Notes: generated by a model from the sequence alone, not told the origin. Shown: positions 13,073-26,600, numbered from the stretch's first letter. The stretch: 64,000 bases of DNA from Squalus acanthias (GCA_030390025.1 CM059432.1:3224001-3288000), one strand, 5' to 3'. Made by a program: numbers and translations.

Positions 13073-13349
13073 AACTATATGGTGTTGACTTTGGCTCAGA
13101 TTGTTTATGCTAATTTACGCCCATTTGACGTTTTGGGCGTATTCTCATGAAATTCGCAGGAAATTTGAGTGCATCATGACAAAAACCTCCGACTCACCGT
13201 GAGCATCGCTGGTGACGAATAAAAAGAGGGTACTGGAAATACACAGGATCTCACTCAAGGGCAGAACAGACTCGAGGGGCTGAACGGCCACCTCCTGTTT
13301 CTGTGACCTTCCTACACAGCACCCGAGCAAGCGACAGAAGTTCAAATTC

Positions 13350-14230
13350 TGGGCTCCAGCGCGTCACCAGGTTGCAGAGTTTCCGCTAGTGCGGGTGAAA
13401 TCGGCTGAGCCAGCGCAAAAATAATAGGGGGGGTTGGGAATTTTAAACGTAAGTTATGCCGAGCGTAAAAAGCATTTCGGCCGAATCCGGCCCCGCCCAC
13501 AAAACTGACCACGCCCCACGCCCCAGATCGAAATAACGAGCGCGGCAAGTGTCCGTCGACTGCGCTCGCTCGAGAATGCTCCTCAAATTAAGCTCGGTTT
13601 TTAATTTATTTTATGCGCACAGGCACTAGGAGGAACATTTTAAAAGATTTTACGCATTTAAAAATATTTAATTAAATAAGAAACTGACTGGTGTACACCA
13701 ATGAAACTAGTAAATGGTTCAGTCTAGTTTTCTTAAAGCCATTTTGAGTGGTTTAAAATCGGGTTACTCACCAGGTGGAGGACTGGACACTTTTAAAAAA
13801 ATTAAAAATGCTTATTTTTGGTGATAAACCCATTTTCAGCTGTATTAATAAAACCGCACCGGGTCACCACCAACGTTACCGATAATTTTTTTTCCCCCGC
13901 ACGGGGTCCCTTTAAATTTGCTGCGCGGTCGCGCATGAGCGGTATCACTTCCAGCGGCGAGCGCTGGCGAGCGGGACCTGCCGATCGATGCGCGGCCACT
14001 CGCCTGGGGGGCACACACACCGGTTACCATTCTTAAATATAGCAAGGACTCCCTTTTCAATGGAAGGAGGCGGAAGAGGAACGATTAACGCTGCGTTACG
14101 CTGCCCGATTGCGCTGGAGCGTGGAAGATTTTTACGTTGCGATTATGCAAATGAATTTCAGCAGGAATTTGAACTGTGACCCAACCAGCTCAAATCTGCG
14201 CCCAATTTCCTGATTGCGGCCAAAGCAGAG
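13350..14230. mobile_element. GC/CpG-rich unclassified DNA-transposon-derived sequence
   Basis: GC-rich ends with an AT-rich middle; the internal tccctttaaatttgctgcgcgg is shared with the MITE at 33809. Confidence 0.35.
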
Positions 14231-15147
14231 ACTCACTCCGATAAAAAAAAAAAATACGCATCGATCGGCTTTCTCTCCTGGATCCTGAATCAATCAGCTG
14301 TGCGTTTCCTGGTGTTTTTTTTTAAATCTCAGATTCCCAGCGTTCGCCAGTTTTTGCCTTTTTTCCCCTCTGGGAATGTCAACCCGTTTCCCGGCGACCC
14401 CAAAGCACTGATCGGGCCTTCTCGGCTTCGCAAGGTCAGAGTTGACGAGGGGAGTAGAAATATTGCCTGGTACGAGTAGCTGATTTTTCTTTCGACTCTG
14501 GGCTCAAGGCCACGGTGTTACGGCAGTGATATAGATATTCCCAACCGGTTACACGGCACTTAGCAAGTTTGCTAGTTGTACTGAGATTTAAAAAAAAAAT
14601 GTTCTTTCTCCCAACACTGTCAGGCTGCACCCTATCATGATAAAACATGGTCCTTTGAGACGTCCATGATTTCACAGTGCATTTCTGTTAATCTTTCTTT
14701 TAAGTGCCTTGATATTATCAGCTTATAACCCTCCGAGCGCCTTAGAGAATTACCCACAGCGTTACCCATCTCGCACTTATTTGAAATCCCATGCACTACC
14801 AGTTTCAAGCAAGGACTACATAAGATGCTGTATATTGTGACATGGAATTGCAACAAATTCAATTTACTTTCAAGCAGCCATCAGGGAATGTAACACGGGT
14901 TATTTACTGTGTGCGTGCCCTGGAAACAGCAGGTCCCTGTACAGTGCAATAACTCTTTCACAGTGTATTGGAGGTTAGATGATGAATACTGGATCGTAAT
15001 TCCACATGCGGCAGAAGGGGAGTTTAACCATTATGTTGCTACATCGAAAGAAAAAATGGAAACGTCTCGAAGTTTCGAATGGATTTTTCCAGCTCCGTCT
15101 AATAATTACATTATTACAAGGAATTACCAGCACAGAAACAGGCCGAT

Positions 15148-15603
15148 AGAAAGAAAGACTTGCATTTCTCCAGCGCCTTTCACGACCACCGGATGTCTCA
15201 AAGCGCTTTACAGCCAATGAAGTACTTTTTGAAGTGTGGTCACTGTTGTAATGTGGGAAACACGGCAGCCACCTTGTGCACAGCAAGCTCCCACAAACAG
15301 CAATGTGATAATGACCAAATAATGTTTTTGTTATGTTGGTTGAGGGATAAATATTGGCCCCAGGACACCGGGGAGAACTCCCCTGCTCTTCTTCGAAATA
15401 GTGCCGTGGGATCTTTTACGTCCACCTGAGAGGGCAGACAGGGCCTTGGTTTAACGTCTCATCCGAAAGACGGCATCTCCGACAGTGCAGCACTCCACTG
15501 GGAGTGTCAGCCTGGATTAATGTGCTCAAGTCCCTGGAGTGGGACTTGAACCCACAACCTTCTGACTCAAGAGTCGAGGGCGCTGCCCACTGAGCCACAG
15601 CTG
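15148..15603 (-). mobile_element. DeuSINE (SacSINE1-like), near full length
   Basis: tRNA-like head, Deu-domain core (gccgtctttcggatgagacgttaaacc..aaagatccc..gtgtcctggggcca) and L2-type tail. Confidence 0.85.
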
Positions 15604-15606
15604 AAC

Positions 15607-16030
15607 ACATGAGGAGAGATTGAGCCTATACTCTCTGGAGTTTAGAAGAATGAGAGGTGATCTTATTGAAACACATAAGATTCTGAAGGGGATAGACAGG
15701 GTAGATGCTGAGAGGTTGTTTCCCCTGGCTGGAGTGTCTAGAACTAGGGGTCATAGTCTCAGGATAAGGGGTCGGCCATTTAAGACTGAGATGAGGAGGA
15801 ATTTCTTCACTCAGAGGGTTGTGAATCTTTGGAATTCTCTGCCCCAGAGGGCTGTGGAGGCTCAGTCGTTGAGTATATTCAAGACTGAGATCGATAGATT
15901 TTTGGACACTAAGGGAATCAAGGGATATGGAGATCGGGCGGGAAAGTGGAGTTGAGGTCGATGATCAGCCATGATCTTATTGAATGGCGGAGCAGGCTCG
16001 CGGGGCCTTATGGCCTACTCCTGCTCCTAG
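15607..16030 (+). mobile_element. CR1 LINE 3' fragment
   Basis: LYSLEFRRMRGDLIE..RRNFFTQRVVNLWNSLP followed by the CR1 tail. Confidence 0.9.
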
Positions 16031-16154
16031 ATATTAGTTCCATCACCGACATGTCATTTTAAGGAACAGAAAAATAGATCTGATCATTGCATTAAAAACA
16101 GAAAATGCTGGAGACACTCAGCAGGTCAGGCAGCATCTGTGGAGAGAGAAACAG

Positions 16155-16190
16155 AGTTAACGTTTCAGGTCGATGACCCTTCGTCAGAAC
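16155..16190 (-). ncRNA. Minimal hammerhead ribozyme motif (family A) in a solo Penelope terminal repeat at ~16095-16190
   Basis: Reverse complement reads GTT-CTGACGA-A-GGGTC-atc-GACCT-GAAA-CGTT-AAC. Confidence 0.7.
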
Positions 16191-16499
16191 AGTCATTGCA
16201 TTGTTGTGCTGATTAATGGATTAATAAATGTGATGCATTTTGGAAGTATAATAAACAAAATGGTACAATCTTAAACTGGGTGCAGGAACAGGGTGACCTG
16301 GTGGTTCAAATACACAAATCTTTGAATGTTGCAGGGTAAGTTGATGAAGCTGTTAAAAAAGCACATGGGATCCATGGCTTTATTAATAAGAGGCATAGAG
16401 TACAAAAGCAAGGAAGTTATGATAAACCTTTTCTAAATCACTGATTAGGCCTCCGCTGGAGTACTGTGTCCAATTCTGGGCACCACACTTTAGGTTGTT

Positions 16500-17030
16500 G
16501 ATTGTTGCCCATGATGCAAGTAAGGAGTGTGATGGAATACTCTCCACTTGCCTGGATGAGTGCAGCTCAACAACACTTGAGATGCTCAACACAATTCCAG
16601 GATTGGCACCCCATCCACCACGTTAAACATTCACTCCCTCCACCACCGGCGTACCGTGGCTGCAGTGTGTACCATCTACAAGATGCACTGCAACAACTCG
16701 CCAAGGCTTCTTCGGCAGCACCTCCCAAACCCGCGATCTCCACCACCTAGAAGGACAAGGGCAGCAGGCGCATGGGAACATCACCACCGCCAAGTTCCCC
16801 TCCAAGTCACACACCATCCTGACTTGGAAATATATCACCATTCCTTCATCGTCACTGGGTCAAAATCCTGGAACTCCCTCCCTAGCAGCATTGTGGGAGT
16901 ATCTTCACCACACGGACTGCAGCGGTTCAAGAAGGCGACTCACCACCACCTTCTCGAGGGGCAATTAGGGATGGGCAATAAATGCTGGCCTTGCCAGCGA
17001 TGCCCATATTCTAAGAATAATTTTAAAAAA
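16500..17030 (+). mobile_element. RTEX-like LINE 3' fragment (other copies ~21345-21512 +, ~49085-49745 -)
   Basis: QVRSVMEYSPLAW..HHRRTVAAVCTIYKMHC.NSPRLL..SKSWNSLP..FKK; clade assignment from memory. Confidence 0.6.
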
Positions 17031-17754
17031 TCTAATACAGTAATTGTAATAAATCAAATACAATAGCTCACTCTTAGACTTTATCCAGCTCATTTATTCT
17101 TCCAAGTAGGGGTTTTGAGAGTTTCTCCCATTCCATCCTTTTAGTGATGTTTCCACTGTCCCAGCAACTCAGGAACATCATAATCAATTAATTCCTAAAT
17201 GTCTTTTCAATTGCCACTTAACATTTTTTTTTACGAGTAGCTGGACTAAAAATAATGGTACGCACTCACCTTCAGTAGGACATCATGATCTCAAACCAGT
17301 CAAGTCTTAATAAGCAACCCAACAGTTGTAAACCAGCAGAGGGAACCCATTCACTTTTGCCAGCAAAAATACCATTTCCATATGGTTGACTCCACGCACA
17401 GAATTCAAATTCATGGATATTAATATAGTCAAAGCAGAAAGCAAATCCCCTTTTCACAAAAACTGGGCACAAATTTGAAATTTGCAGATGACATGAAACT
17501 TGGAAGTGCAGTGAACAGTGAGGAGGACAGTGACGGACTTCAAGAGGACACAGACAGGCTGGTGGAATGGGCGGACACGTAGCAGATGAAATTCAAGGCA
17601 AAAAAGTGTGAGGTGATATATTTTGATAGGAAGAACGAGGCGAGGCAATATAAACTAAACGGTACAATTTTAAAAAGGGGTACAAGATCAGAGAGACCTG
17701 GGGGTTATCAAAGCAGTTAATAAAGGGATCCTGGGCTTTATAAATTGAGACATA

Positions 17755-19450
17755 GGTCGGAATTTTCCAGGGGGTCAGCGGGCGGGATTGATGGCGGGTC
17801 GGGTGGGAAATTTGATTTTTTTTTGACAGCGGGACAGGACCCTGCTGTCAACCCGCCGCAATGCGCCTTTCCCAATGTCGGGTCTGTCAGCGCTGAGCAG
17901 ACCCGACAGGCGACCCAATTAAACTCATCACCATCGAGATGACAGATCATTAACAGGCTTTTTTAACTCAGTTTTTCACTTTAACTTCATGGCCACGGGA
18001 ACCACGCTGTTTTGGGACCACGGCTGTCAACCTGAGGCGGGAGTTCAGTGGCCATTGCTCCAGCTGATTACTAGACAGCTTCAAATGTACAGTAAAAGCT
18101 CCCACCTGACAGAGATCACTTTCCTCAGCCACAAGCTGTATCTCAGTCCATTTCCAGCACAGATTCTGCAGGCTTTCCATTCACTCTTTTACCTCATTGG
18201 AAGAACTCTCACCATTGACAGATCGCTTCTGTCATCTCTACTTCACTTGCCATCTATTCCATCAACATGGGTGTTGTTTATACGGTCTCACCTTGGTCCT
18301 CAGAATCCCACCATGATCAGCCCCAACACCAGCAGCACCAGGCACACCAGCATCACCAACGATACCACCACCAACCTTCTCTGCAATCACCTGATGCTGC
18401 ATAGGATACAGGGCATCAGCACCCGAGCACATTGCTGCCCGGGAGGCCAGGGATGGATTCACCATGGCCTGATTTACTTCACTTGACGCTGTACACCCTG
18501 GCTGCCACATGATGCGCCAGGTTGGCACCACCCCACACCAACACCATAAAGCATCCGTACAATAACCAAGCCATTCCTTTCACTCACCACCATTGTGGGG
18601 GGTACCGTTATGTCTCACCATTCACTGCAACTCACTAAGCCTCTTCCAAAAGTGCACACAAATCTGTCCAAGAACACAAAGTGTTGAAAATAAAGGTTTC
18701 AATGTTTGACAACACATTAACAGAAACTTTACATGAACATTGGATAAAACACCCAAGTGCCTACCCTTGTGTGTTGTTAGTTGGTATGATTGTACTAGGA
18801 TGAGGGTGAGTGTGAGGGGTGGCTAGTGAGATGGGGATGTGATAATGTAGATAGAGAGGGATGGGTGGAGGTGCAAGGTAAGTTGGTGTAAGGATGTGCA
18901 GGAGTAGGGTAGGGAAGGCAGAGTGATGGGGATGTGATGAGAGGCACAGCAGGATGAAGGTGGGTATGGCTTTGTACTAACATTTCGTGATCAAATGAGA
19001 TAATTGAAAGGTTTGTGCCACTGCAGCCTGGTCCTCCTGTGCTCCTGGCTCGAGGGGCCGAATGGCCTACTCCTATCTTCTATGTTTCTATGTGCAACCA
19101 GGCTGTGTTGGTCTCCAGGGGAGGTCTCTTCCGCCCATCGGAAGGGAAGAGGACCTCCCTGCATGCTGTGACTCCCTCCGTAAGCATATGGAGGGAGTCA
19201 TGGGAGAGCCTGGGTGCAGCCCTGCAGAAAGTTGGCCGTGGTCCCTTTAATGCAACCAGCTGATGACGCGTCATGAATGACGTCACCAGACCCGCTTCCT
19301 CTAATTGGACCGGGAAACGCGCTGGGCGGGCTTAACAAGCCCTATCTACGTAAAATAATTTCCCAGAGCGGGATGGAGCCAGCAGCGGGGTCGGGACCCA
19401 CCACCGAAGTTGCCCGCCCCGGACTCGCCAAGGTGAGGGAAATCTCAGCC
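17755..19450. mobile_element. Internally deleted Harbinger element inserted in a CR1 (~17460-17754 and 19451-19757)
   Basis: Imperfect TIRs GGTCGGAATTTTCC / GGGAAATCTCAGCC with a 3-bp ATA/ATC duplication. Myb/SANT remnant on - (RAAPRLSHDSLHML.EGV..REVLFPSDGRKRP..T.TAW). The CR1 text ..gacata|gagtacaaaa resumes after the element. Confidence 0.75.
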
Positions 19451-20329
19451 ATCGAGTACAAAAACCAGGAAGTTGTGCTAAATCTATATAAAATACTAGT
19501 TTGGCCCCAGCTGGAGTAGTGTGTCCAATTCTGGGCACTGCACTTTAGGAAGGACTTGAAGGCTTTAGAGAGGGTGCAAAGGAGATTTACGAGAATGGTA
19601 CCAGGATAGAGGGACTTCAGTTACTTGGATAGACTGGAGAAGCTGGGGTTGTTCTGTGCAGAGAAGGCTAAGAGGAGATTTGATCGAGGTGTTTAAAATC
19701 ATGAAGGGTTTAGACAGAGTAGAGAGAGAGAAACTGTTTCCAATGGCTGAAGTGTCAAAATAGAATCATAGAATAGTACAGCACAAAAGGAGGCCATTCG
19801 GCCCATCGAGTCTGCGCTGGGTCTTTCGAAGAGCAATCCAGTTAGTCCCACTCCCCTCGCTCTTTCCCCATATCCCTGCAATTTTTTCTCCTTCAAGTAT
19901 TTATCCAATTCCCCTTTGAAAGCTACTATTGAATCTGTTTCCACCACCCTATCAGGCATCTAAATGATTTTAAACACCTCCATCAAATCTCCTTTTAGCC
20001 TTCTCTGCTCGAAGAAGAGCTATCCCAGCTTCTCCAGTCTATCCACGTAACTGTAATCCCTCATTAATGGGGTGTTCAGGGAACTCATTCCATTGTGAGG
20101 CCATTACAACCCCCTTAACACCAGGCAAAGGCAGCCAGAAATCGACCCCAGGGTTTTTTGTTTTAGGGAAAGCATTTAAGAACTTGCACTGTATATAGTC
20201 AAAAACTTCCAAATCTCAAAAAGTGTAGTTCCAAATTCAGACAGGCGTCCCACAGTGCAATGGGGTTGTCTTGACTGCTCTGCTGCCGGAGATTATAGGA
20301 GGTTAAACTGATCTGCATCAATCCTCATC

Positions 20330-20905
20330 TTCAACTGTATAAAACACTAGTTAGGCCTCAGCTAGAGTACTGCGTACACTTCTGGTCACCACATTACAGG
20401 AAAGATGTGATTGCACTAGAGAGGGTACAGAGGAGATTTACAAGGATGTTGCCGGGAGTAGAGAATCTTAGCTATGAGGAAAGACTGGATAGGCTGGGTC
20501 TGTTTTCCTTGGAACAGAGGAGGCTGAGGGGAGACCTTATTGAGGTGTATAAAATTATGAGGGGCCTAGATAAAGTGGATAGAAAGGACCTATTTCCCTT
20601 AGCAGAGGGGTCAAAAACCAGGGGGCACAGATTTAAAGTAATTGGGGGAAGGTTTAGACGGCATTTGAGGGGAAATTTCTTCACCCAGAGGGTTGTGGGA
20701 GTCTGGAACTCACTGCCTGAAAGGGTGGTAGAGGCAGGAACCCTAACCACATTTAAAAAGTACTTGGATGTGCACTTGGGATACTGTAACCTGCAGGGCT
20801 ACGGACCAAGAGCTGGGAAGTGGGGATTAGGCTGGATAGCTCTTTGTTGGCCGGCGCGGACACGATGGGCCGAAATGGCCTCCATCCGTGCTGTAACTTT
20901 CTATG
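20330..20905 (+). mobile_element. CR1 LINE 3' fragment
   Basis: ORF 20407-20943: [42 protein letters not shown]. Confidence 0.9.
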
Positions 20906-22570
20906 ATCTTCCCTCGTTGAATGGATTTTTAAAAAAAAACTGATTGCAATGATCACACAAACTCCAGCCCAGTGCATGGTGGACCATAACCGTCTCAGGT
21001 GACAAAAACAATAAAAGGAAAAAAAAAATAGGAATATTAAATCGCTGGGTCAAAATCCTGCATTTATATAGCGCCTTTAACGTAGTAAAACGCCCCAAGA
21101 CACTTCAAAAACACAATTTGACACCGAGCCACACAAGGAGATATTAGGGCAGGTGACCAAAAGCTTGGTCAAAGAGGTAGGTTTTAAGGAACGTCTTAAA
21201 AGGAGAGGCGGAGAGGTTTAGGGAGGGAATTCCAGAGTTTAGGGCCCAGGCAGCTGAAGGCACAGCCGCTAATGGTGGAGCGATTAAAATCGGGGATGCG
21301 CGAGAGGCCAGAATTGGAGGAGCGCAGAGATCTCGGAGGGTTGTATTCCCTCCCTAACAGCACTGTGGGAGCACTTTCACCACATGGACCGACACACGGT
21401 TCAAGAAAGTGGCTCATCATCACCACCACCACCACCACCTTCTCGGGGCAACTAGGGATGGGCAACAAATTCTGGCCTTTCCAGCGACGCCCACATCCCG
21501 AGAATGAATAATAAAATGTTCTTTTTAAGTCAGCAATTGGATTGTCTATTCAAATGGCACAGGTTCAAAAATTTAACACCTGGATTAAAAAAATAGAATA
21601 ACGCTCTCTTTCAATGGCATCTTTCACTAAAGTCCGAACAGTTCCGGGGATACGAACACACATACGCTGACACAGATTGCCAATGGCTTGTTCAAAAAAA
21701 AATACCCTTGCACCATTCCAGCAAATTGACATTTTCTTTTAATTAAAAAGCACGTTGAACGCTTGATTTTCTACATTGTGAATTAACATCGCAGATTATC
21801 CGTGGAAAATAAGAAAGGAACATTTGTTGCCGTCCAGTCGAGACCGAAGTCTGGATCCAGCGTCTACTGGCGAATGCTGGGAGACAACATGATGCAGCAT
21901 TCCCACAGTCGATGGCTCACTAACCCAACCTCTGGCCACGCGGGTTTTCACGGCCGTTGCAAGTAGTCAGTCATTCGGGTCTCCAGTTAAAACTCAAAGC
22001 ACGGGAGCTGATTCGCTTCCTCGTAGAACTGGGGATCATGGGCGTCTCTAACCTTGATTTGGAGTCCTCGTCGGAAGCAAAAATAAGTGGTGCACAGAAG
22101 CCATTCGAGAGGCAGCTTCCCCCCCAGGAACGCGCACATCAATGTGTATATATATATCATCTCTATCTGCTGTTGGTCAACGGGCCACCCAATGATGGGA
22201 GTCATAAATCGACACACAGAGAATCATAGAACAGTTACAACACAGAAGGAGGTCATTCGGCCCGTCGAGCCCGTGCCGGCTCTCTGCAAGAGCACTTCAG
22301 CTAGTCCCACTCCCCCGCCCTTTCCCCATAGCCCGGCAAATTTTCTTTCCCCTTCGGGTACTTATCCAACTCCCTTTTGAAAGCCATGATTGAATCTGCC
22401 TCCACCACCCCTCTCGGGCAGTGCATTCCACAACAACAACAAGACACCCGCCAAGTCAATTGACGCAGTGATAGCGGGAACTGTAAAAAGGGATGGATAA
22501 ATATACAATTCTTGAAAACGTGCGGACGAAATAAAGTCAAAACCCAGCGAAAAATTCAAAAAAAGTAGCC

Positions 22571-22576
22571 TTTAAT
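22571..22576 (-). terminator. Polyadenylation signal ATTAAA of cdh2
   Basis: tttaat on the + strand, just after the last conserved UTR block and followed on the minus strand by U/GU-rich sequence. Confidence 0.65.
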
Positions 22577-23159
22577 TTATAATCGGGGCCAGAGGTGTAA
22601 AGTCTCCAATTCTGGTACACAGTAAAACTGGCCAACGCCATTGCCACAACTCTCTCCCGGTTCAAAAAACTTCTCTTCAATTAGAGCCGTCAGCATCTAC
22701 CCTACCCCACTTGGTTTTTGGTACAAATTATGTAAAACACTTGTGCTAGTTAAGATTACAAAAAAAAAGTCGCCGTCTTCATCGGTCCAGCTACTCTTCA
22801 AACCGGTCAACATCACTTTCTCCAAAGGCATCTTCTGCCAATACTTCCTCCGCAACGAGAAAAGATAAAATCATGCATTTAAAAAAAAAAAATTCAATTG
22901 CCCAAATTTTTTTTCTATTTTAATTTTTTTTTTTTTTACATATGTTCTGAAGTTTTGGACCGGGTCTGTCGACTACATCTTTGAATGTTATGTACACTTT
23001 CCTTTTATACAATGCATTTGGAAAAAAAATAATAACTTTAGTACCAGTTGTTGACTTGAGACAGAAATGAAACGTTTTCGTCATTTCTTATCTGGCTTCG
23101 AAAACGTGAAAACTAAAAGGTGGCGTTACAAAATCAGGGTGGGGGGGCGGCACCACAAC

Positions 23160-23310
23160 CAATGTTCCCGCTAAGTTTTTTTTGGGGTGCCCGGGCCCCT
23201 TTAACTGTCTGCGCGGCCCATTCAATTTCTCGCGCGCGTGCGATTATTTCAGACGTAAAGCTGCTGCGCGGGATTCTCCACCTGGCCGCGGAGCTTTAGC
23301 GGGAACGCCG
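23160..23310. mobile_element. hAT-type MITE inside the cdh2 3'UTR
   Basis: TIRs CAATGTTCCCGCTAA / TTAGCGGGAAC(gccg); internal sequence shared with the copies at 59254-59406, 37698-37835, ~53163-53290 and 33809-34336. Confidence 0.75.
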
Positions 23311-23979
23311 GCGACCGACCACCTTGATTTATTTCTCAGCCCGCTTAAATCTGCTGCAGCGCTTCGAAAACTGGAATCCGCGACGGGCGATTTGCCCACC
23401 TTCCCTGCTTAGCGAAAGAAATGGCATTTTTTTTTAACCGAAATTTGGTGTTTTTAGCATTTTATTTCAAACTAAAAGCAGAGAAAAGCTCACCGTTGTC
23501 TAACTGTTTCCCTCTCCCCCCCGCCCTCCAAACCTCCGTTGTGTTTCACCTGGGGGGGGGAGCGAGAGGAGAGAGATTATCACTTCAAAATGTCACAGTT
23601 ACTGTTAAAGCGTGTAACTTAAACCTAATGATTCAGGAGATCAAAAAAGTGTACAAAAAGGCACATAAAATCCCAGTGCTTCTGTACTTTGAAATTCAAG
23701 TACAACAGAGCTCTCGTGACCAATTTTTTGTCTTAAAACAGTGTCAGTTTACCGATCATCCCACTGACTCAAGTAGTCTGCAGCCTATACCCCAAGCTTT
23801 CAACAAGCGCTTCTGCTAGTTGACTACAAAGTAAAGCCTAGCCTCTTTTTTTTTTATAATCGTGTGTGTGTGTGTGTTTGTCGCTGGGAATTAAATCGTT
23901 TTTTTTTTTAAGAAGTTCTTCGCCTGCAACGTCGTTTCCACTTGCGCTCGGACAAACGAAAAAAAAAAAAAAAAAGGTC

Positions 23980-24826
<847 letters not shown>

Positions 24827-24878
24827 AGAGAGAGCAGCCATGCGTGCCCGAGGCATTTTCTATTGACACGCGTTGACC

Positions 24879-25316
24879 GTGGCTAGTGGCGGGTCGCGCT
24901 CTCGCCTCGGAATCGGAGGGTCATGGGTTCAAGCCCCACTCCAGAGACCCGAGCGCGTACTCCAGGCGGACACTCCAGTGTCCGAGAGAGCGCTGCACTG
25001 TCGGGAGGTGACGTCTTTTGGATGAGACATTAAACCGAGGCCCTGTCCCACAGCCGCGATTTCGAAGAAGGGCAGGGGAGTTCTCTCCGGTGTCCTGGGC
25101 CAATATTTATCCCTCAATCAACATCACCAAAAAAAACACAAATGATCTGGTCATTATCACATTGCTGTTTGTGGGAGCTTGCTGTGCGCAAATTCACTGC
25201 TGCGTTTCCTACATTACAACAGTGACTACACTTCAAAAATACTTCATTGGCTGTAAAGCGCTTTGAGACGTCCTGAGGTGGTGAAAGGCGCGATAGAAAT
25301 GCAAGTCTTTCTTTTT
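24879..25316 (+). mobile_element. DeuSINE (SacSINE1-like) with an internal deletion
   Basis: Head, Deu core and tail gaaaggcgcgatagaaatgcaagtctttc. Confidence 0.85.
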
Positions 25317-25539
25317 ACATAAAAAACTTTCAGAAGTGAAGACTACTCATCTACAGCATCCTGCTCTGAAGATGCTACAGTATTCCTGGAAACAGACTGA
25401 AACAATTGAACATACAAGTATAAAATTGAATAAAGTTAAGTTGGATATGAAATGGAATTGCTCTAGTTCCAGAATGTGTGTTATGTGGAACAGTATGGCA
25501 CTCGTCAGAGTTGTAGGTGACTTGTTTCGTGTGATGGGA

Positions 25540-26010
25540 GAAGTTTATAATGGGATGTCTAGTTTGGCTCTCCATGCGCTGGCCTCCTGAGATGCCGAGT
25601 GGAGAAATGAGGTGCCTCCAATGACAGATCTCAGTGGGCAGGTTGATGTGATGTGTTCCGCGGTCTGGGACTCAGGGCCACAGTCGCACTTCGGGTCGCC
25701 TCTCATCTTCCACTTCTGGAGCGGGTGGCCACATCGTCTGTGCCCTGTGCCGATTGGGTTGAGCGCCGTCCACTGTCTCCGAGGGAGGTCGAAGCCAGGG
25801 ACCTCTGCTGTTGGGTCAGTGATGAGGTGTTGGTTCTTCATGTCGAATGCGTCCCACGATTCCGTCCCTCTGGAACAGTGGGTCGATACCAGCTGCAGGA
25901 ACATTAGCTGCTGTTTCCCAGAATGGCCGGCACGATTTTAAGCGCTTTCGTGATGGGTTTTTCAAATCTTCATGAACGGGAAGGTTGGTGTTGCTCATGA
26001 TTTATGGATA
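25540..26010 (-). mobile_element. Ingi/Vingi-like LINE 3' fragment
   Basis: PGFDLPRRQWTALN.IGTGH.RC..L.KW....P.CDCG..SQTAEHI...CP (CCHC knuckle) ..A.AW...L. Confidence 0.65.
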
Positions 26011-26139
26011 GCCCAGCATCTGTTACAGTGTCCTTTTCCATGGGAAGAGGAGGGTACAGAAACCCCTCCTTTTCACTACCTTCTCCAGCAACTTCCATAG
26101 GACTTCTGGGCCTCATTTTCCAAGGACGAAGTATACTAT

Positions 26140-26496
26140 GGGCCAGAAATTCGGGTCCCAATGGGTGAGTACGCGCTGTGTACTCACCCGTAGACCCAAC
26201 GAAAGTGCCGGATTCGCGCATGCACTGCGCATGCGCTGGAAACCGGAACTTCCGTTCCCTTGAAGGAAGGGGTTCGCAGGTCAAACGCGTGCGCCGGAGA
26301 GGCAGCGCGCACGCATCGGACTTCCGGGTTTTTTTCAGGTTTCTCCATGCGGGTAAGTCCCTGGTAGCTGCGCGGGGAAAAAGCAGGCACAAGGCCTGCT
26401 TTTAACAAGGTAAGTGGTGAATTAAGTAAAATTGCTAGGTAAGTGCAGGTTGGGGGCTTGCGCCCGCGGGAAGCCTCCGACCCGAATTTCTGGCCC
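26140..26496. mobile_element. Harbinger-type MITE with perfect 18-bp TIRs
   Basis: GGGCCAGAAATTCGGGTC ... GACCCGAATTTCTGGCCC; CpG-rich interior. Confidence 0.75.
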
Positions 26497-26600
26497 ATAC
26501 TTATTGTGTGATGTTCAGTTGCAGTTGGATTCCCATTCAACATTGGATGAAGGTCTTTGGAGGTCCAACCCTTATTTTGTGGTTTGCATTTTCTGGGCAC

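Larger units (their letters stand above)
22550..23979 (-). other. cdh2: cdh2 3' UTR (~1.4 kb; distal end approximate)
   Basis: Follows the stop codon. Blocks such as gctaggctttactttgtagtc, gtacagaagcactgggattttatgtgcctttttgtac, ttttacataatttgtacc and gtgtaccagaat..tacacctctg match the mammalian CDH2 3'UTR as recalled. Confidence 0.8.
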
